Origin: a virus
DNA: 34,131 bases
Virus record (IMG/VR): IMGVR_UViG_3300032331_000926
Span: 1-34,131 of that record
Strand: one strand, 5' to 3'
Below are positions 19,018 through 28,531 of this stretch, piece by piece (within the stretch, counting starts at the first letter, position 1; every line of letters starts with the position of its first letter). A program made the translations under genes and the position numbers. The notes below the pieces were generated by a model. It saw only the letters and a list, made by a program, of their open reading frames with translations. It searched no databases and was not told the origin of the DNA.

Positions 19018-19224
19018 TTAACTGCTTTCTTCCTCATCTGCCATAAATCCACTACCCCATTCATCGTCACTTATCTTCTGCTTCACCTTTTCTAGATTCA
19101 GCGCCCGGTCGATCACCTTGGTCTTGTCGGTCAGGGTGGCGGTCGGGTCAGCCATGACCTGCTTGAGCAGATCGCTGATGGCCTTCTCTAGGTCTGGGTT
19201 TATCCCCTTGGATTTCTTGCTCAC
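19018..19224 (-). CDS. Hypothetical acidic protein, 68 aa
   Basis: GTG start overlapping the upstream TGA (GTGA). The C-terminus is DDEWGSGFMADEEESS. Confidence 0.5.
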   Translation of the reverse strand: MSKKSKGINPDLEKAISDLLKQVMADPTATLTDKTKVIDRALNLEKVKQKISDDEWGSGFMADEEESS

Positions 19225-19385
19225 CGGGTAGCCCGTTTAGCTGGGCGAGACTTCCGTGCATCCTCACGGCGCAGGCGTTCCAGGTTGCGCTGGGCTTGCT
19301 TGCCGCCCTCGGCCTCACGCACACCACCTTCACGTTCTGATTGGGATGCCCGTTGTTCTGGGTTACGTTCTTGAAAATTTGGCAT
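19221..19385 (-). CDS. Hypothetical charged 54-aa protein (not in ORF track)
   Basis: ATG lies 2 nt after the stop of the 971-aa gene. MPNFQERNPEQRASQSEREGGVREAEGGKQAQRNLERLRREDARKSRPAKRATR. It fills the gap exactly. The competing track ORF 19148..19333 has no coupling. Confidence 0.45.
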   Translation of the reverse strand: MPNFQERNPEQRASQSEREGGVREAEGGKQAQRNLERLRREDARKSRPAKRATR

Positions 19386-19387
19386 AG

Positions 19388-22303
19388 TCATTCTCCTAGT
19401 AGCACGTTGGTTTGTCTTAATGTTGCCATTGGCAGTTGTATGCCATTGCGGATCAGGTTTGCAAAAGCTGTTTCTATTACCGATAGCTGCCTGACGTTAC
19501 CTTTAGTTACGGCATTCAGTCCTGTTAGTTGTCGCGTGATGTTAGTTGCCGCAGCCTCAGACATCAAATCAGCGCCAATAATTGCAGGCTTGATTACCGT
19601 ATCCCATTCCCGAATTAGCTTGGTCACATCGCCATTAGCGCGGCGAACCAAACCTTCAACAACCCCTTTTTGGAAATCTTCCAATCCTTCTGGCGTAGCC
19701 TTGATGTAGGGCGCAAAAGTACTCAGTTGCTTCACCGGGTCAGCGCCAAACACCATCTTGTCAAAGGCATTGGCAGGCGTGTCTCCCAGAGAATTGACTG
19801 CGTTTTGTAACGCATCTGCCTGGTCTTTGGGAATCTTGGCCTCTTGCTTTGCCCTATCAATCGCACTGGTTGCCCGTGACTTGGCAGCGTCAATGGCTTG
19901 TTTGCTCTCCACCTTTGCAGCAGCCGTAATCTGACCGCGCTCAGTAGCAGCCTCCCTGCCAACCTGTTTCTGTTCGGCACGGGCTTGTTGCGTCAGAACG
20001 CGCTCTTGCCTTGGCACTTCCGAGAGAAGTTGACCTGCTTGTTTTTCTCCAGCAGCCAGCGCCTTTTCTCCTGCTTTTACGCCCCCGGTTACGGTTGCCT
20101 GGATGTCTTTGCGTGGCTCAGTCACGGCAGCGGTACGGGCTTTTCCACCACGGGCTAGGATGTCAGCAATAGGTTCTTCAGTCCGTAGCGCAGTTTTTAA
20201 ACCTTTGGCAGCACGTTCACGCACCGCGCCCAATAGTTCCGGCGCTTTCTTTCCAGACAATTCTTCTGTCTTGGCGAGGTTAGCTAGGTCTTGCTGCAAT
20301 GCCGTAAACGGCGGGAATTTCAGTATGTCGCTGTACCGCTTCAGCAAATCCTTGGCAGAGGAACCTTTGTTAAAAATATCGTTGGCAATGACATTCCTGC
20401 CAAGTTTTTCCAATTCCTCATTGCTTGCACCCGACAATGCACGATACGCCTCAACAGCGCCGTGCGAATCAAAAATTGAACCAGCCAGCTTTGAGGCATC
20501 AGTCGAATACTGGGACGCATCCCATTCAGTCTTGCCGAGCAGCCTGTTGCCTAGGTCTGACTTGTAATTGTTGATTGGGATTGAAGCATCCCGATACTTG
20601 TTTAGGTATTCACTCCAAGGTTTTGACTGACCACCTTTAGCTACAAACTGATCTTGAATGCTCTGAACAAGTTGTTTGAGATCGCCGGCCATTTTCTGAC
20701 CAATGGCATCAAACCCCTCTGCCGGAACACCAGCAGCACGATCACCCAAGAACCTGCGGAGGTACTCAAGTGATTGAAAATCGCCAGGAATGATCTGGAC
20801 AATTTCCTCTCCCTTTTCATTTGTGACTAGCTTTTCTTTACCTTTTAAAGCCTTGATTACGCTCTTGATCTGAGACTCAAGCTGCGGAACAGTAATGCTG
20901 GCCTTCTTTGTTTCCGGGTCAATTAGCATTGCATCGAGCCGTTGTATCGCATCCGTATAGGATTTTGTATTCTTGTAGCTTTGACCTTGCTTCTCTAGAT
21001 TCTTTGCCGCAGTAAAAATGCCTGATTCAGCGCCAGACATTTGTTGTTCTCTGATCTTCTTGAATTTGTTGAACTGGGCTTCTGCTGGCGCACGGGCAGC
21101 TTGTCCAAGTTCTGTTTCGGTCAAAGGCTGACCAATGCGATTCCCAGCCTCCTCAACATAGCCGCGAGACACTTCTGCACGTTTGCGGGTTTTGGTAAGT
21201 AGTGAGCGCAGGCGGGTAACTTCAGCGTCAGAATTACGCAAGAATTCCTGCACTTGTTGCTGCGTATCTTTTTCAATGGCATCTGCCGCCTGGTACATTT
21301 TCTGCCGCTGATCCCGCGCTTTCCCGGCAGCAGCATCACGCAACCGCTTGGCAGTGGCGCGAGATTCTTCTAGCACCTTGGTAGCTTCTGCTTCAGTTGC
21401 CATTTTGAATTGGGACAGACGTTGTTCATACTGCTTGGCAATGTTTGCAGCCGTTGTTTGCGCTTTTGCACCAACAGCCTCGCCAGCCGCAACGCCACGT
21501 TGAGTTGCAGCAGTGGCGGCTTGCTCTCCCTGCTGAATCAAAGCATTTGCAAAATCTTCTGCCTGCGAAGAAATCTGTGCTGCACGGGCATTCAAAAACC
21601 CAATGTCATTGTCTACGCCAGACTTGATCCCAGACAACAAGCGGTCAAAATTCTCTACACCAGCAGCAGTTCCAAGAGAGTTAATGGCATCTTGTCTTTG
21701 CTTGGTGTACGCCGTTTGTGCTCGACTAAGATCAACTACATCTTTAGTCACCATTTTTACAAGTTGTCCTGCCTTGCCAGTCAAAAAATTAGTGGCAGCA
21801 GAAACAGGAACAGCCCCAACAACAAATCTTGTAGCTTCTGCGCCAAGACCAGGTTCATCAGCCATTTCATAGGCTTGCCCAGCCGCTTCAGAAGCAGCGC
21901 CGCTAAGACCGCCACTAATTGCTCTAGTTGTTCTGCTACCTCCAATAAACGGAGCCATGCCCGTAGCAAACCTGCCAATGCCAGACAAAAATGGCAATCC
22001 CGTTGCTTGGGCTGCACGACCGCCAGTAGACAAAATTTCTGGGAGCATTGCCCCGCCAACAGCACCGCCTACAGTAGACGTTGCAAGTTCACCAAGGCCA
22101 ATGTCTTTACGGCTTCGATCCGGTTCAGCAGGAGTTACGCCAGCTTTTTGTGCAGCTTGACGCTGACGCAATTCAGCAGAAGGAACAGGAACTTCACCTG
22201 ACCTAGAGGCAGAGGGAGTTGGTGCATCATCAAAAACTATTGATGATTTTTTTTGTGTTGGCTCAACCTGCGTTGGCTCATCAAATTTAATAGGCATAAT
22301 CAT
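19388..22303 (-). CDS. Large internal-virion/DNA-ejection-type protein (971 aa)
   Basis: Largest gene. Ala/Gln/Lys-rich and predicted helical, with a Gly-rich hydrophobic stretch near the N-terminus. It sits last in a run of internal-protein-like genes, as in T7-like gene order. No enzymatic motif seen. Confidence 0.55.
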   Translation of the reverse strand: MIMPIKFDEPTQVEPTQKKSSIVFDDAPTPSASRSGEVPVPSAELRQRQAAQKAGVTPAEPDRSRKDIGLGELATSTVGGAVGGAMLPEILSTGGRAAQATGLPFLSGIGRFATGMAPFIGGSRTTRAISGGLSGAASEAAGQAYEMADEPGLGAEATRFVVGAVPVSAATNFLTGKAGQLVKMVTKDVVDLSRAQTAYTKQRQDAINSLGTAAGVENFDRLLSGIKSGVDNDIGFLNARAAQISSQAEDFANALIQQGEQAATAATQRGVAAGEAVGAKAQTTAANIAKQYEQRLSQFKMATEAEATKVLEESRATAKRLRDAAAGKARDQRQKMYQAADAIEKDTQQQVQEFLRNSDAEVTRLRSLLTKTRKRAEVSRGYVEEAGNRIGQPLTETELGQAARAPAEAQFNKFKKIREQQMSGAESGIFTAAKNLEKQGQSYKNTKSYTDAIQRLDAMLIDPETKKASITVPQLESQIKSVIKALKGKEKLVTNEKGEEIVQIIPGDFQSLEYLRRFLGDRAAGVPAEGFDAIGQKMAGDLKQLVQSIQDQFVAKGGQSKPWSEYLNKYRDASIPINNYKSDLGNRLLGKTEWDASQYSTDASKLAGSIFDSHGAVEAYRALSGASNEELEKLGRNVIANDIFNKGSSAKDLLKRYSDILKFPPFTALQQDLANLAKTEELSGKKAPELLGAVRERAAKGLKTALRTEEPIADILARGGKARTAAVTEPRKDIQATVTGGVKAGEKALAAGEKQAGQLLSEVPRQERVLTQQARAEQKQVGREAATERGQITAAAKVESKQAIDAAKSRATSAIDRAKQEAKIPKDQADALQNAVNSLGDTPANAFDKMVFGADPVKQLSTFAPYIKATPEGLEDFQKGVVEGLVRRANGDVTKLIREWDTVIKPAIIGADLMSEAAATNITRQLTGLNAVTKGNVRQLSVIETAFANLIRNGIQLPMATLRQTNVLLGE

Positions 22304-23751
22304 TCCACCGTAGCTGATCTACCACCAACAATAATTTTTGTCCCAGAAGGCAACCCTGCTGCCTCTGCTTCTTGAAGCGTATTGAATTTTGGAGTTCCAT
22401 TTCTTGTGGCAATAAACGGCTGCGCCTTATCGTATATTTCATCCATTCTTAAATCTACGCCCCTACGAGCATAAAAATCTTGTGAACTACGCAACGAATC
22501 TTCAGCAGATTTTCTGTTTGATTCTAAGAACTGCAAGAACACTTTTGGATCATCCGTTACTCTAGGAACTGTTCTTTCATACCTTGGCAACTCATTAGCA
22601 GTAAGGTTAGCGCCATACAATGAATGTCTATCCGGCGCAATAACTGATTCTAGTTTTCCAATAAATTGACTTAATGCTGCTGCATTAGGATATTTGTCTG
22701 GGTTTGCTCTTGCAACTGACATTATTTTTTCTGATGCAGAGCCGCCGCCAGGAATCAATGTTAAAGCGGTTCGCAATCCTGGTGATAACTGATACTTGTC
22801 TTTGTTTGTTTCATAATCTTCAATCAAAGCATCGTATTGCTTAACAAGGGCAGACTTTGCTTCAAGTTTTCCTTCAGCTACTTTTCCAATGCTGCCAACT
22901 TTTTTTTCTGCCGTTTCTCTCTTGCCTTGTTCTTTAATTCTTGCGGCCTCAAGCATCGTGGCACGATTTCTTTCAGCCTCTTCTTTCTGTTCCCGTCTTT
23001 GGGCAAATCCCATTGCTATGTTACGAACTTTATCTTTAAGTTCGTTGTTTACCCTGTTTACATCTTCCATGTTTTTGATGACTGATTGAATGTTTCCAGT
23101 GTGAATGCCGTGAGCAATGACGCTGTTCTGTCCTGCAATCCACGCAGCATTTTCAAACTTTTCTTTAGCAGCAGCATAGTTAGTGGCTGCTAACTTCATG
23201 CCTTCTTGCAAATTTTTATAGATTGTTTCTCTATCAGCTTTGATTTTGTTAAACGCTTTGTCAAAGTTGATCGCCTCTTGTTTCCATAAATCTTGACGGC
23301 CTTTCTTCCAACCTGTCATCATGCCAGTCATCGCATCCAAGCCAAGTTTGGCATTAGCCTTGCCGCCAGCGCCTAACATCAAACCCATGGTCATCATCAA
23401 ACTGCCCATTTGAGCGTAGGTAGACAAATCTTCTTGGGTCGGCTGATGCGTTGGCAAAGGATTGGCAGACATTTTTGTTTCATAATCTTTTTGTCTACCT
23501 TGAATGTCCTCTAAATACTTTCCTGTTTGTTCTTCTCCAGCTTTTTTAACGTTAACTTTTTGCGCTGATTCTGCCTCGGCAAACAAACTTTTTGACTTGC
23601 GTTCTTCTTCACGCAAAGCCATAAGCGCATCTTGCTGCTCACCAACACGCTGCGTGTCTTGCTGATACAGCTTTTGTGCTGTCTCATAATCGGCAGGCGT
23701 GTATGGAACTTGTCCAGAAATTTTTGGTGCTGTTGTTCCTAGGGTAGCCAT
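22300..23751 (-). CDS. Lys/Glu-rich coiled-coil protein (483 aa), internal-virion-type
   Basis: ATGA coupling to the 971-aa gene. Visibly AT-rich codons. One hydrophobic Gly/Met-rich span (GSLMMTMGLMLGAGG). Confidence 0.5.
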   Translation of the reverse strand: MATLGTTAPKISGQVPYTPADYETAQKLYQQDTQRVGEQQDALMALREEERKSKSLFAEAESAQKVNVKKAGEEQTGKYLEDIQGRQKDYETKMSANPLPTHQPTQEDLSTYAQMGSLMMTMGLMLGAGGKANAKLGLDAMTGMMTGWKKGRQDLWKQEAINFDKAFNKIKADRETIYKNLQEGMKLAATNYAAAKEKFENAAWIAGQNSVIAHGIHTGNIQSVIKNMEDVNRVNNELKDKVRNIAMGFAQRREQKEEAERNRATMLEAARIKEQGKRETAEKKVGSIGKVAEGKLEAKSALVKQYDALIEDYETNKDKYQLSPGLRTALTLIPGGGSASEKIMSVARANPDKYPNAAALSQFIGKLESVIAPDRHSLYGANLTANELPRYERTVPRVTDDPKVFLQFLESNRKSAEDSLRSSQDFYARRGVDLRMDEIYDKAQPFIATRNGTPKFNTLQEAEAAGLPSGTKIIVGGRSATVE

Positions 23752-23753
23752 GG

Positions 23754-24806
23754 TTACACCTGCGCTGAAGGTACGTTAGGTTGCATTCCGTACATTGCTG
23801 CGAGTGCTGCTGTATACGCTTTCATGGACGATGACACGCCAGCATCCTGCGTCAACCCTACCCTGACCGCATTAGCTGCGTAGGAGTCACCAATCTGCGC
23901 CACCTTAAGGCCGTAGTTATATTGGGTGTCCAGCAGGTTTTGACGGAACGTTTGAATCTGAGTAGCCGCCTGTTGTGCGCCAACACCGCCTCGGCGTTCA
24001 ACACCCTGCGCTATTTGAGCCTGTGCCGCTTGCAGTTGCTGCTGTCCTGCTGGGGTCAATTCACCGCGCAGAGCCTGGGCTTGCAGTTGCCTGCCTTGTT
24101 CTTGATACGGTTGACCAATCGCGGCAATGTCTCGCCTAGCTTGCTGCGCTTGTTGCGCTGCCTTACGGCCTTGTAATCCAGCCATCAACCCGCTACCAAT
24201 CCCTAGACCAGAACGCAGCAACAGGTTGCGCTTTTCCTGCGGGGTCATGCCTTTGGTCAGATCGTCAAAAAGCCCTTTTTCTTGGGGGGCAGCGGGAGCA
24301 GTTGGAACCTCATATTGCATCCCAGATGCCAGAGAGGGATCAAGTTGCGTTTCTGCACCAGGCAAAAAAGGTTTGGTAATTGCCTGTGTAGCCGTAGACG
24401 CTGATCTAGCAGCAATAGCAGGCCCTGCCGCAGTATATTCAGCATCTCTTGGGAAGCCTGGCGCACTAGCATCAGGAGGGAAAAACGTAGTATTTTGATC
24501 TGCTCCCGGAGGTTGGCCTCCAGGATAAAGGTCTGGAAATTGCTCTGCTGCTGCCTCTGGCGTGAATGAACCCATTTCTTGACTGGTATCAAACTCACCA
24601 TCATAGTATTCAGGCAAGCCGGTATGCGGGTTAATCGTGCCGCTGCCGCCCTCATCCTCAAGCATTTGGGCTTCTTCCGGCGTGATATGCGCCAGCATCT
24701 TGTCACCCTTGCGTCCATAGCCTTGCAACAACTTGGCAAGCATAGGCAAAGCCGAAACATCAGCCGCCATTTCGGTTCTCAACAGTTTTGCGATTTCTTT
24801 AGCCAT
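23754..24806 (-). CDS. Internal-virion-type protein (350 aa)
   Basis: N-terminal GDKMLAHITPEEAQMLEDEGGSGTINPHTGLPEYY is a motif I recall from structural proteins of small podoviruses. The C-terminal half is Gln/Ala-rich. Confidence 0.5.
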   Translation of the reverse strand: MAKEIAKLLRTEMAADVSALPMLAKLLQGYGRKGDKMLAHITPEEAQMLEDEGGSGTINPHTGLPEYYDGEFDTSQEMGSFTPEAAAEQFPDLYPGGQPPGADQNTTFFPPDASAPGFPRDAEYTAAGPAIAARSASTATQAITKPFLPGAETQLDPSLASGMQYEVPTAPAAPQEKGLFDDLTKGMTPQEKRNLLLRSGLGIGSGLMAGLQGRKAAQQAQQARRDIAAIGQPYQEQGRQLQAQALRGELTPAGQQQLQAAQAQIAQGVERRGGVGAQQAATQIQTFRQNLLDTQYNYGLKVAQIGDSYAANAVRVGLTQDAGVSSSMKAYTAALAAMYGMQPNVPSAQV

Positions 24807-25568
24807 TTACGCACCCGTTTCGTCTTTTAGCTTCAGTGATTCTGTATTCCAAACCCTCTGCTGCTTACTTTCTGAGTCCCCGCCAAACAGCGGCCCACCC
24901 GCATCAATACGCAATGCCTGACCTAAAGCCGCAGACCCCGGCCCTGGCGTTTGTGCTGGCTGTCCGGCAGTGGATGTTCCAGCCGTAGGAGTCTTGCTTA
25001 AATACTTAATGTCCGGGCTTAAGACCTTGCTTAATGCCATTTGCGTGAATTGGCGTTCTGCTGCGTTGTCTCCCGTGCCAGTGCCGCTAGAGGGAGAACC
25101 ATACAGATATTCGCTAAGACCGCCAGCAATGCCGCTTGCGCCAGCCTGCTTCAGGGATTGAGACAGGGGAACGCCGCCGGCTAGTTGACTTGCCAGACTG
25201 CCGCCGGCAGTAGATAGCCCCCTAGCTAGTCCACCAATAGTTGACGGAGACAAGTTTGGAAACGTGCTTTCAATTACGCCAGGTTGTATTGTGCCGCCGG
25301 AAAACTCACCGATAGGTGTAGAGCCAAGGCTGCTTTGCAAACCAGAGGTTACAGCCCCTCCAATACCGCCCGTAACCGCCCCTTTTAGGACATTCCCGCC
25401 CGTCAATGCCGCAGTTGTTCCTCCAATCACAGCCCCTCCTGCCGCCGCTGCCGCTGCACCAGTAAAGCCCATAGACGTACCAATATTCAAAGCAAGATTC
25501 GGAGCGACAAAGATCGCAGCAACCATAACAACAGGCGCTACAGACTTAAAAAATGATTTCCAGCCCAT
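24807..25568 (-). CDS. Gly-rich membrane-associated virion protein (253 aa)
   Basis: N-terminal TM segment (VAPVVMVAAIFVAP), then long Gly/Ala/Thr-rich repeats. Confidence 0.5.
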   Translation of the reverse strand: MGWKSFFKSVAPVVMVAAIFVAPNLALNIGTSMGFTGAAAAAAGGAVIGGTTAALTGGNVLKGAVTGGIGGAVTSGLQSSLGSTPIGEFSGGTIQPGVIESTFPNLSPSTIGGLARGLSTAGGSLASQLAGGVPLSQSLKQAGASGIAGGLSEYLYGSPSSGTGTGDNAAERQFTQMALSKVLSPDIKYLSKTPTAGTSTAGQPAQTPGPGSAALGQALRIDAGGPLFGGDSESKQQRVWNTESLKLKDETGA

Positions 25569-25882
25569 TAGTATTCCTCTAACAACTTAGCTGACGTAAT
25601 CATGCTTGCAATGACCTGATAGTCTGGTTTGGCAGGGTTAAGACCTTCAGCATCAGCTAGACCCAATTCAATGGCTTTGTTAAGAAACATGGGATACAAG
25701 GATTTATCTGTCAACACCATCTCGCCTGCTTTGCCAAGCTGGATGATGGCTTCTGAAGATACACCATATTCCTTCATCATCTTTATCAGATCAGCTTTGG
25801 CCTTGGCTACCTGTGGGTTGGCTTTCTTCTTGCCCCCACGGGCCATGACATCCATCATTTCCTTGTCTTTTTCTGAAATCAT
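25568..25882 (-). CDS. Hypothetical protein, 104 aa
   Basis: The start is moved to ATG 25882, which forms an ATGA overlap with the upstream gene (the track start is 25939). Confidence 0.5.
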   Translation of the reverse strand: MISEKDKEMMDVMARGGKKKANPQVAKAKADLIKMMKEYGVSSEAIIQLGKAGEMVLTDKSLYPMFLNKAIELGLADAEGLNPAKPDYQVIASMITSAKLLEEY

Positions 25883-26220
25883 GTCAGTCCCAATGATGCT
25901 GCAATCTGTTCGTGGATATACAAGTGAGAAGCAATCCAATCATAGAATTCCTCCTCCTTATTCCAATCAACATCTAGAAGGTTGAATGGGTTGTTCAAAT
26001 CCAAGTAGCCTGCAAACGCTTGATGCTCTACCTGATGCACTTGCAACCAATCGTCCAGGTTGTCTATGTTCGCGTCAATCAACGGATACACCGGAACCGG
26101 AACACCTAAATCCATAAACGTCTGCTGAAACAATTTGTGCTGCAACCCGTTCTCAAATAGAAATTCGCCAAGGCTATCCTTGTCACCGAACTTCACGATT
26201 GAGAGGGTTTCCATGTTCAT
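25879..26220 (-). CDS. Hypothetical acidic protein, 113 aa
   Basis: TAATG coupling with the fibre gene upstream. No family recognised. Confidence 0.5.
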   Translation of the reverse strand: MNMETLSIVKFGDKDSLGEFLFENGLQHKLFQQTFMDLGVPVPVYPLIDANIDNLDDWLQVHQVEHQAFAGYLDLNNPFNLLDVDWNKEEEFYDWIASHLYIHEQIAASLGLT

Positions 26221-27128
26221 TAGACACCGTAGTACGGAATTTTCTTATTAGTGCCATTAATCAAGATTGTAATGTAACCTTCTGGAATTAGAAGGAGACT
26301 GCTAGTTGCAAACGTGGCGTTAGCCGTGCTAGTGGCGCTGATGTTCGCCCCAGCTAGAGTTAGGTTTCCGACATTGGTGGTCGTTCCACCTAGCGTGACC
26401 GTTGCATTTCCAAGAGTGAATGTGTTATTGGCAAGGCCAGCATTAGGTATGGTTGTCGCTGCCGAGACATTGCCAGTGTTCGCATTGCCGTACAAATATC
26501 CGGTCAATGCTTGTGTACGGATTGCAGTGGCTACGTTTGCATAGGTCACGTTTTCCGTTGTGACATTGCTAGTAGCAAGCGTTGCATTTCCACTACTAAT
26601 CGTTACTGTGGCAAACGTAACCGCATTGACTGTACCGCCAGTAATAACCACCGCATTGGCGTTCTGGGTAGCCATCGTGCCAAGACCAGTTACCGCAGAA
26701 TTAGAAATGGCAATCGCCACATTGACGGCGTTAGTTACTTGACCTTGGGCATTGATTGTGACCTGCGAAACAGATGTAGCATTGCCGTATACAGCCGCAG
26801 TGACAGCAGTATTTGCAAGGCTGATCGTGCCAGTGCCGGTAATCGGCCCACCAGTAAGGCCAGTGCCTGTAGCTACGTTTGTAACCGTTCCAGACCCACC
26901 GCTTGCTATAGCGACATTGGCTGCGCTAGTAATCCTGCCTTGAGCGTCAACCGTGATTTGCGATACCGTGGTGGAATTACCGTATGTTCCGGCAGTCACC
27001 GCAGTGTTGGCAAGGCTGATCGTTCCAGTGGTCGTGATCGGGCCTCCGGTTAATCCGGTTCCCGTTGCTACGTTGGTAACTGTCCCACTACCGTTGCCGC
27101 CTGACCCGCCGCCTGCCGTTTTTAACAT
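26220..27128 (-). CDS. Tail fibre protein (302 aa) with internal 65-aa tandem duplication
   Basis: GSGTVTNVATGTGLTGGPIT.TGTISLANTAVTA..YGN.T.VSQ.T..AQG..T.A.NVAIA occurs twice. This GLTGGPIT...G.YG..t.v..itVda.GrvT pattern is a common phage fibre repeat. Confidence 0.7.
   Translation of the reverse strand: MLKTAGGGSGGNGSGTVTNVATGTGLTGGPITTTGTISLANTAVTAGTYGNSTTVSQITVDAQGRITSAANVAIASGGSGTVTNVATGTGLTGGPITGTGTISLANTAVTAAVYGNATSVSQVTINAQGQVTNAVNVAIAISNSAVTGLGTMATQNANAVVITGGTVNAVTFATVTISSGNATLATSNVTTENVTYANVATAIRTQALTGYLYGNANTGNVSAATTIPNAGLANNTFTLGNATVTLGGTTTNVGNLTLAGANISATSTANATFATSSLLLIPEGYITILINGTNKKIPYYGV
26703..27092 (-). repeat. In-frame tandem duplication (2 x 195 nt) inside the fibre gene
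   Basis: Residues 13-77 and 78-142 align along their whole length. The DNA copies are clearly diverged, so the duplication is old. Confidence 0.75.
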
Positions 27129-27137
27129 GATGTCTCC

Positions 27138-27467
27138 TTACAGGCCGTCACCAGGAGTGATGTAAATTGTAGCCGTGCCGCTAGAAGTAATGCCAGTAAA
27201 GTAGGCGTTTGGCACAAAGGTCAAAATCTCATCAGTCGATGGCAACAGCGGGAATGATTGTCCGGTAGTCGTGACTACGCCTGCCGCATTGTTTGCATCA
27301 GAAACAGTCGTGCCGTAACCAAGGAATACGGTAACAGTGCCAGTGTTGATAACACGATACTGGTTGCCTCCCAGGGTGCTAGACGAGCATTGGACGGCAG
27401 TTGGAGCAGCAGTGTTGGCAACAAACGCTACGGTATTGCCCGTCTTGGTAAACGCATTAAGACCCAT
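27138..27467 (-). CDS. Beta-rich small protein, TPGDGL-tail family member 2 (109 aa)
   Basis: The C-terminus is ...GTATIYITPGDGL. It aligns with 18208..18549. Confidence 0.6.
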   Translation of the reverse strand: MGLNAFTKTGNTVAFVANTAAPTAVQCSSSTLGGNQYRVINTGTVTVFLGYGTTVSDANNAAGVVTTTGQSFPLLPSTDEILTFVPNAYFTGITSSGTATIYITPGDGL

Positions 27468-27481
27468 GATTGTTCCTTTTA

Positions 27482-27703
27482 TTATTGAGCCGGAGGAACG
27501 GGCTTCAACGTTACTTGTTGGCTGGTAGTGTCGTAGTACGAATTTTCTGCCGTAGTGCTGTCATCGCAGTCTGCCCAAAACAAATCAGGCGGCACGTCAA
27601 CAAGGCCATCTTTGGTGTCTTGCACTTGCACTACACGCGCACCCAACAATGAGCCGTCATAGTTAAAAATTTGTTCTTGTGTAGAAATATAGGCGTATTT
27701 CAT
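27482..27703 (-). CDS. Small conserved protein often found next to fibre genes (73 aa)
   Basis: MKYAYIS...VVQVQD...VDVPPDLFWADCDD...YYDTTSQQVTLKP fits the MKYA.I...v..v...p..w..c....YD...f.p pattern of small fibre-adjacent phage proteins. Function unproven. Confidence 0.45.
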   Translation of the reverse strand: MKYAYISTQEQIFNYDGSLLGARVVQVQDTKDGLVDVPPDLFWADCDDSTTAENSYYDTTSQQVTLKPVPPAQ

Positions 27704-27712
27704 ATCTTCACC

Positions 27713-28531
27713 TTAGTATTCAAAAATAATTACACCAGCCCCGCCTGTAGTAGCGCCGCCGCCAGATGATCCGCTGCCTCCACCGCCACCATACGCTCCT
27801 CCATTTACTCTAGGGGCTGCGCCGCCGCCCAGATAAGATGAGCCGCCAGAACCTCCTAATGAATCAGTTGGATCGCTAGTGCTGCCAGCACCTCCTCTGA
27901 TATTTAAATCTCCACCACTTCCAATTCCTCCTGCGCCTCCCTCGTTACTCCCTAATCCTGCTGATCCAGCAGTTGCTGATATGGTGGTAATAGATTGAGT
28001 GCCGGATGCTACTTGAGAGGACGCAGCAGACCCTCCAACCGTATACGTCAATGTATTTCCAGGCGTAAGTCCAGTTAAAGTTTTAATTGCTGTGCCTCCA
28101 GCGCCTCCGCCACCAGACTGACTTCCTGCTGGACCTGTTCCTCCTCCAGCAACAACAGTAATTCTCATTTTAGTTATGCCAGTAGGAATTGTAAAAGTAG
28201 CAGAAGTGCCGGACGTTTGGACGTTAGCCGTTGGAATTGCAGAAGAAATGCCGGCAGATGGCGCTTGCGAAAGCCAAGCCGTTCCGTTTGAAGTCAGCAC
28301 GTTTGCGGATGTTCCTGGAGAAGTCAATCCAGTGCCGCCCTGCGCTGCGGTAATTGCGGTTGCAACGCTACTGATAGTCACGTTGGTCAGCGTCAAATTT
28401 CCGATGCTGGTTGTCGTGTTGCCCAAGTAAGTAGCAGTGTTGCCTAGCGTAATTGCCGTGGCAAAGTTTTGGTCAAGCTGTGACAGCGGAATTGCAGCGG
28501 TCGCAGTTGCAAAGATATTTGGAACAGCCAT
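27713..28531 (-). CDS. Tail fibre / glycine-rich-domain protein (272 aa)
   Basis: N-terminal IPLSQLDQNFATAI and GGTGLTSPGTSANVLTSNG are classic fibre N-terminal motifs. The C-terminal part has GGGTGPAG...GGGGAGG...GGGGSGSSGGG glycine-rich blocks. Confidence 0.65.
   Translation of the reverse strand: MAVPNIFATATAAIPLSQLDQNFATAITLGNTATYLGNTTTSIGNLTLTNVTISSVATAITAAQGGTGLTSPGTSANVLTSNGTAWLSQAPSAGISSAIPTANVQTSGTSATFTIPTGITKMRITVVAGGGTGPAGSQSGGGGAGGTAIKTLTGLTPGNTLTYTVGGSAASSQVASGTQSITTISATAGSAGLGSNEGGAGGIGSGGDLNIRGGAGSTSDPTDSLGGSGGSSYLGGGAAPRVNGGAYGGGGGSGSSGGGATTGGAGVIIFEY

Noticed and set aside
21410-22201. Long antisense ORFs inside structural genes (also 4726..5382, 26511..27053, 29011..29799, 31478..32188, 32402..33100, 10493..11111)
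   Set aside because: These are shadow ORFs opposite long, well-supported genes. Their translations are Arg/Ser/Cys-rich and low-complexity, with no SDs and no coupling to neighbours.
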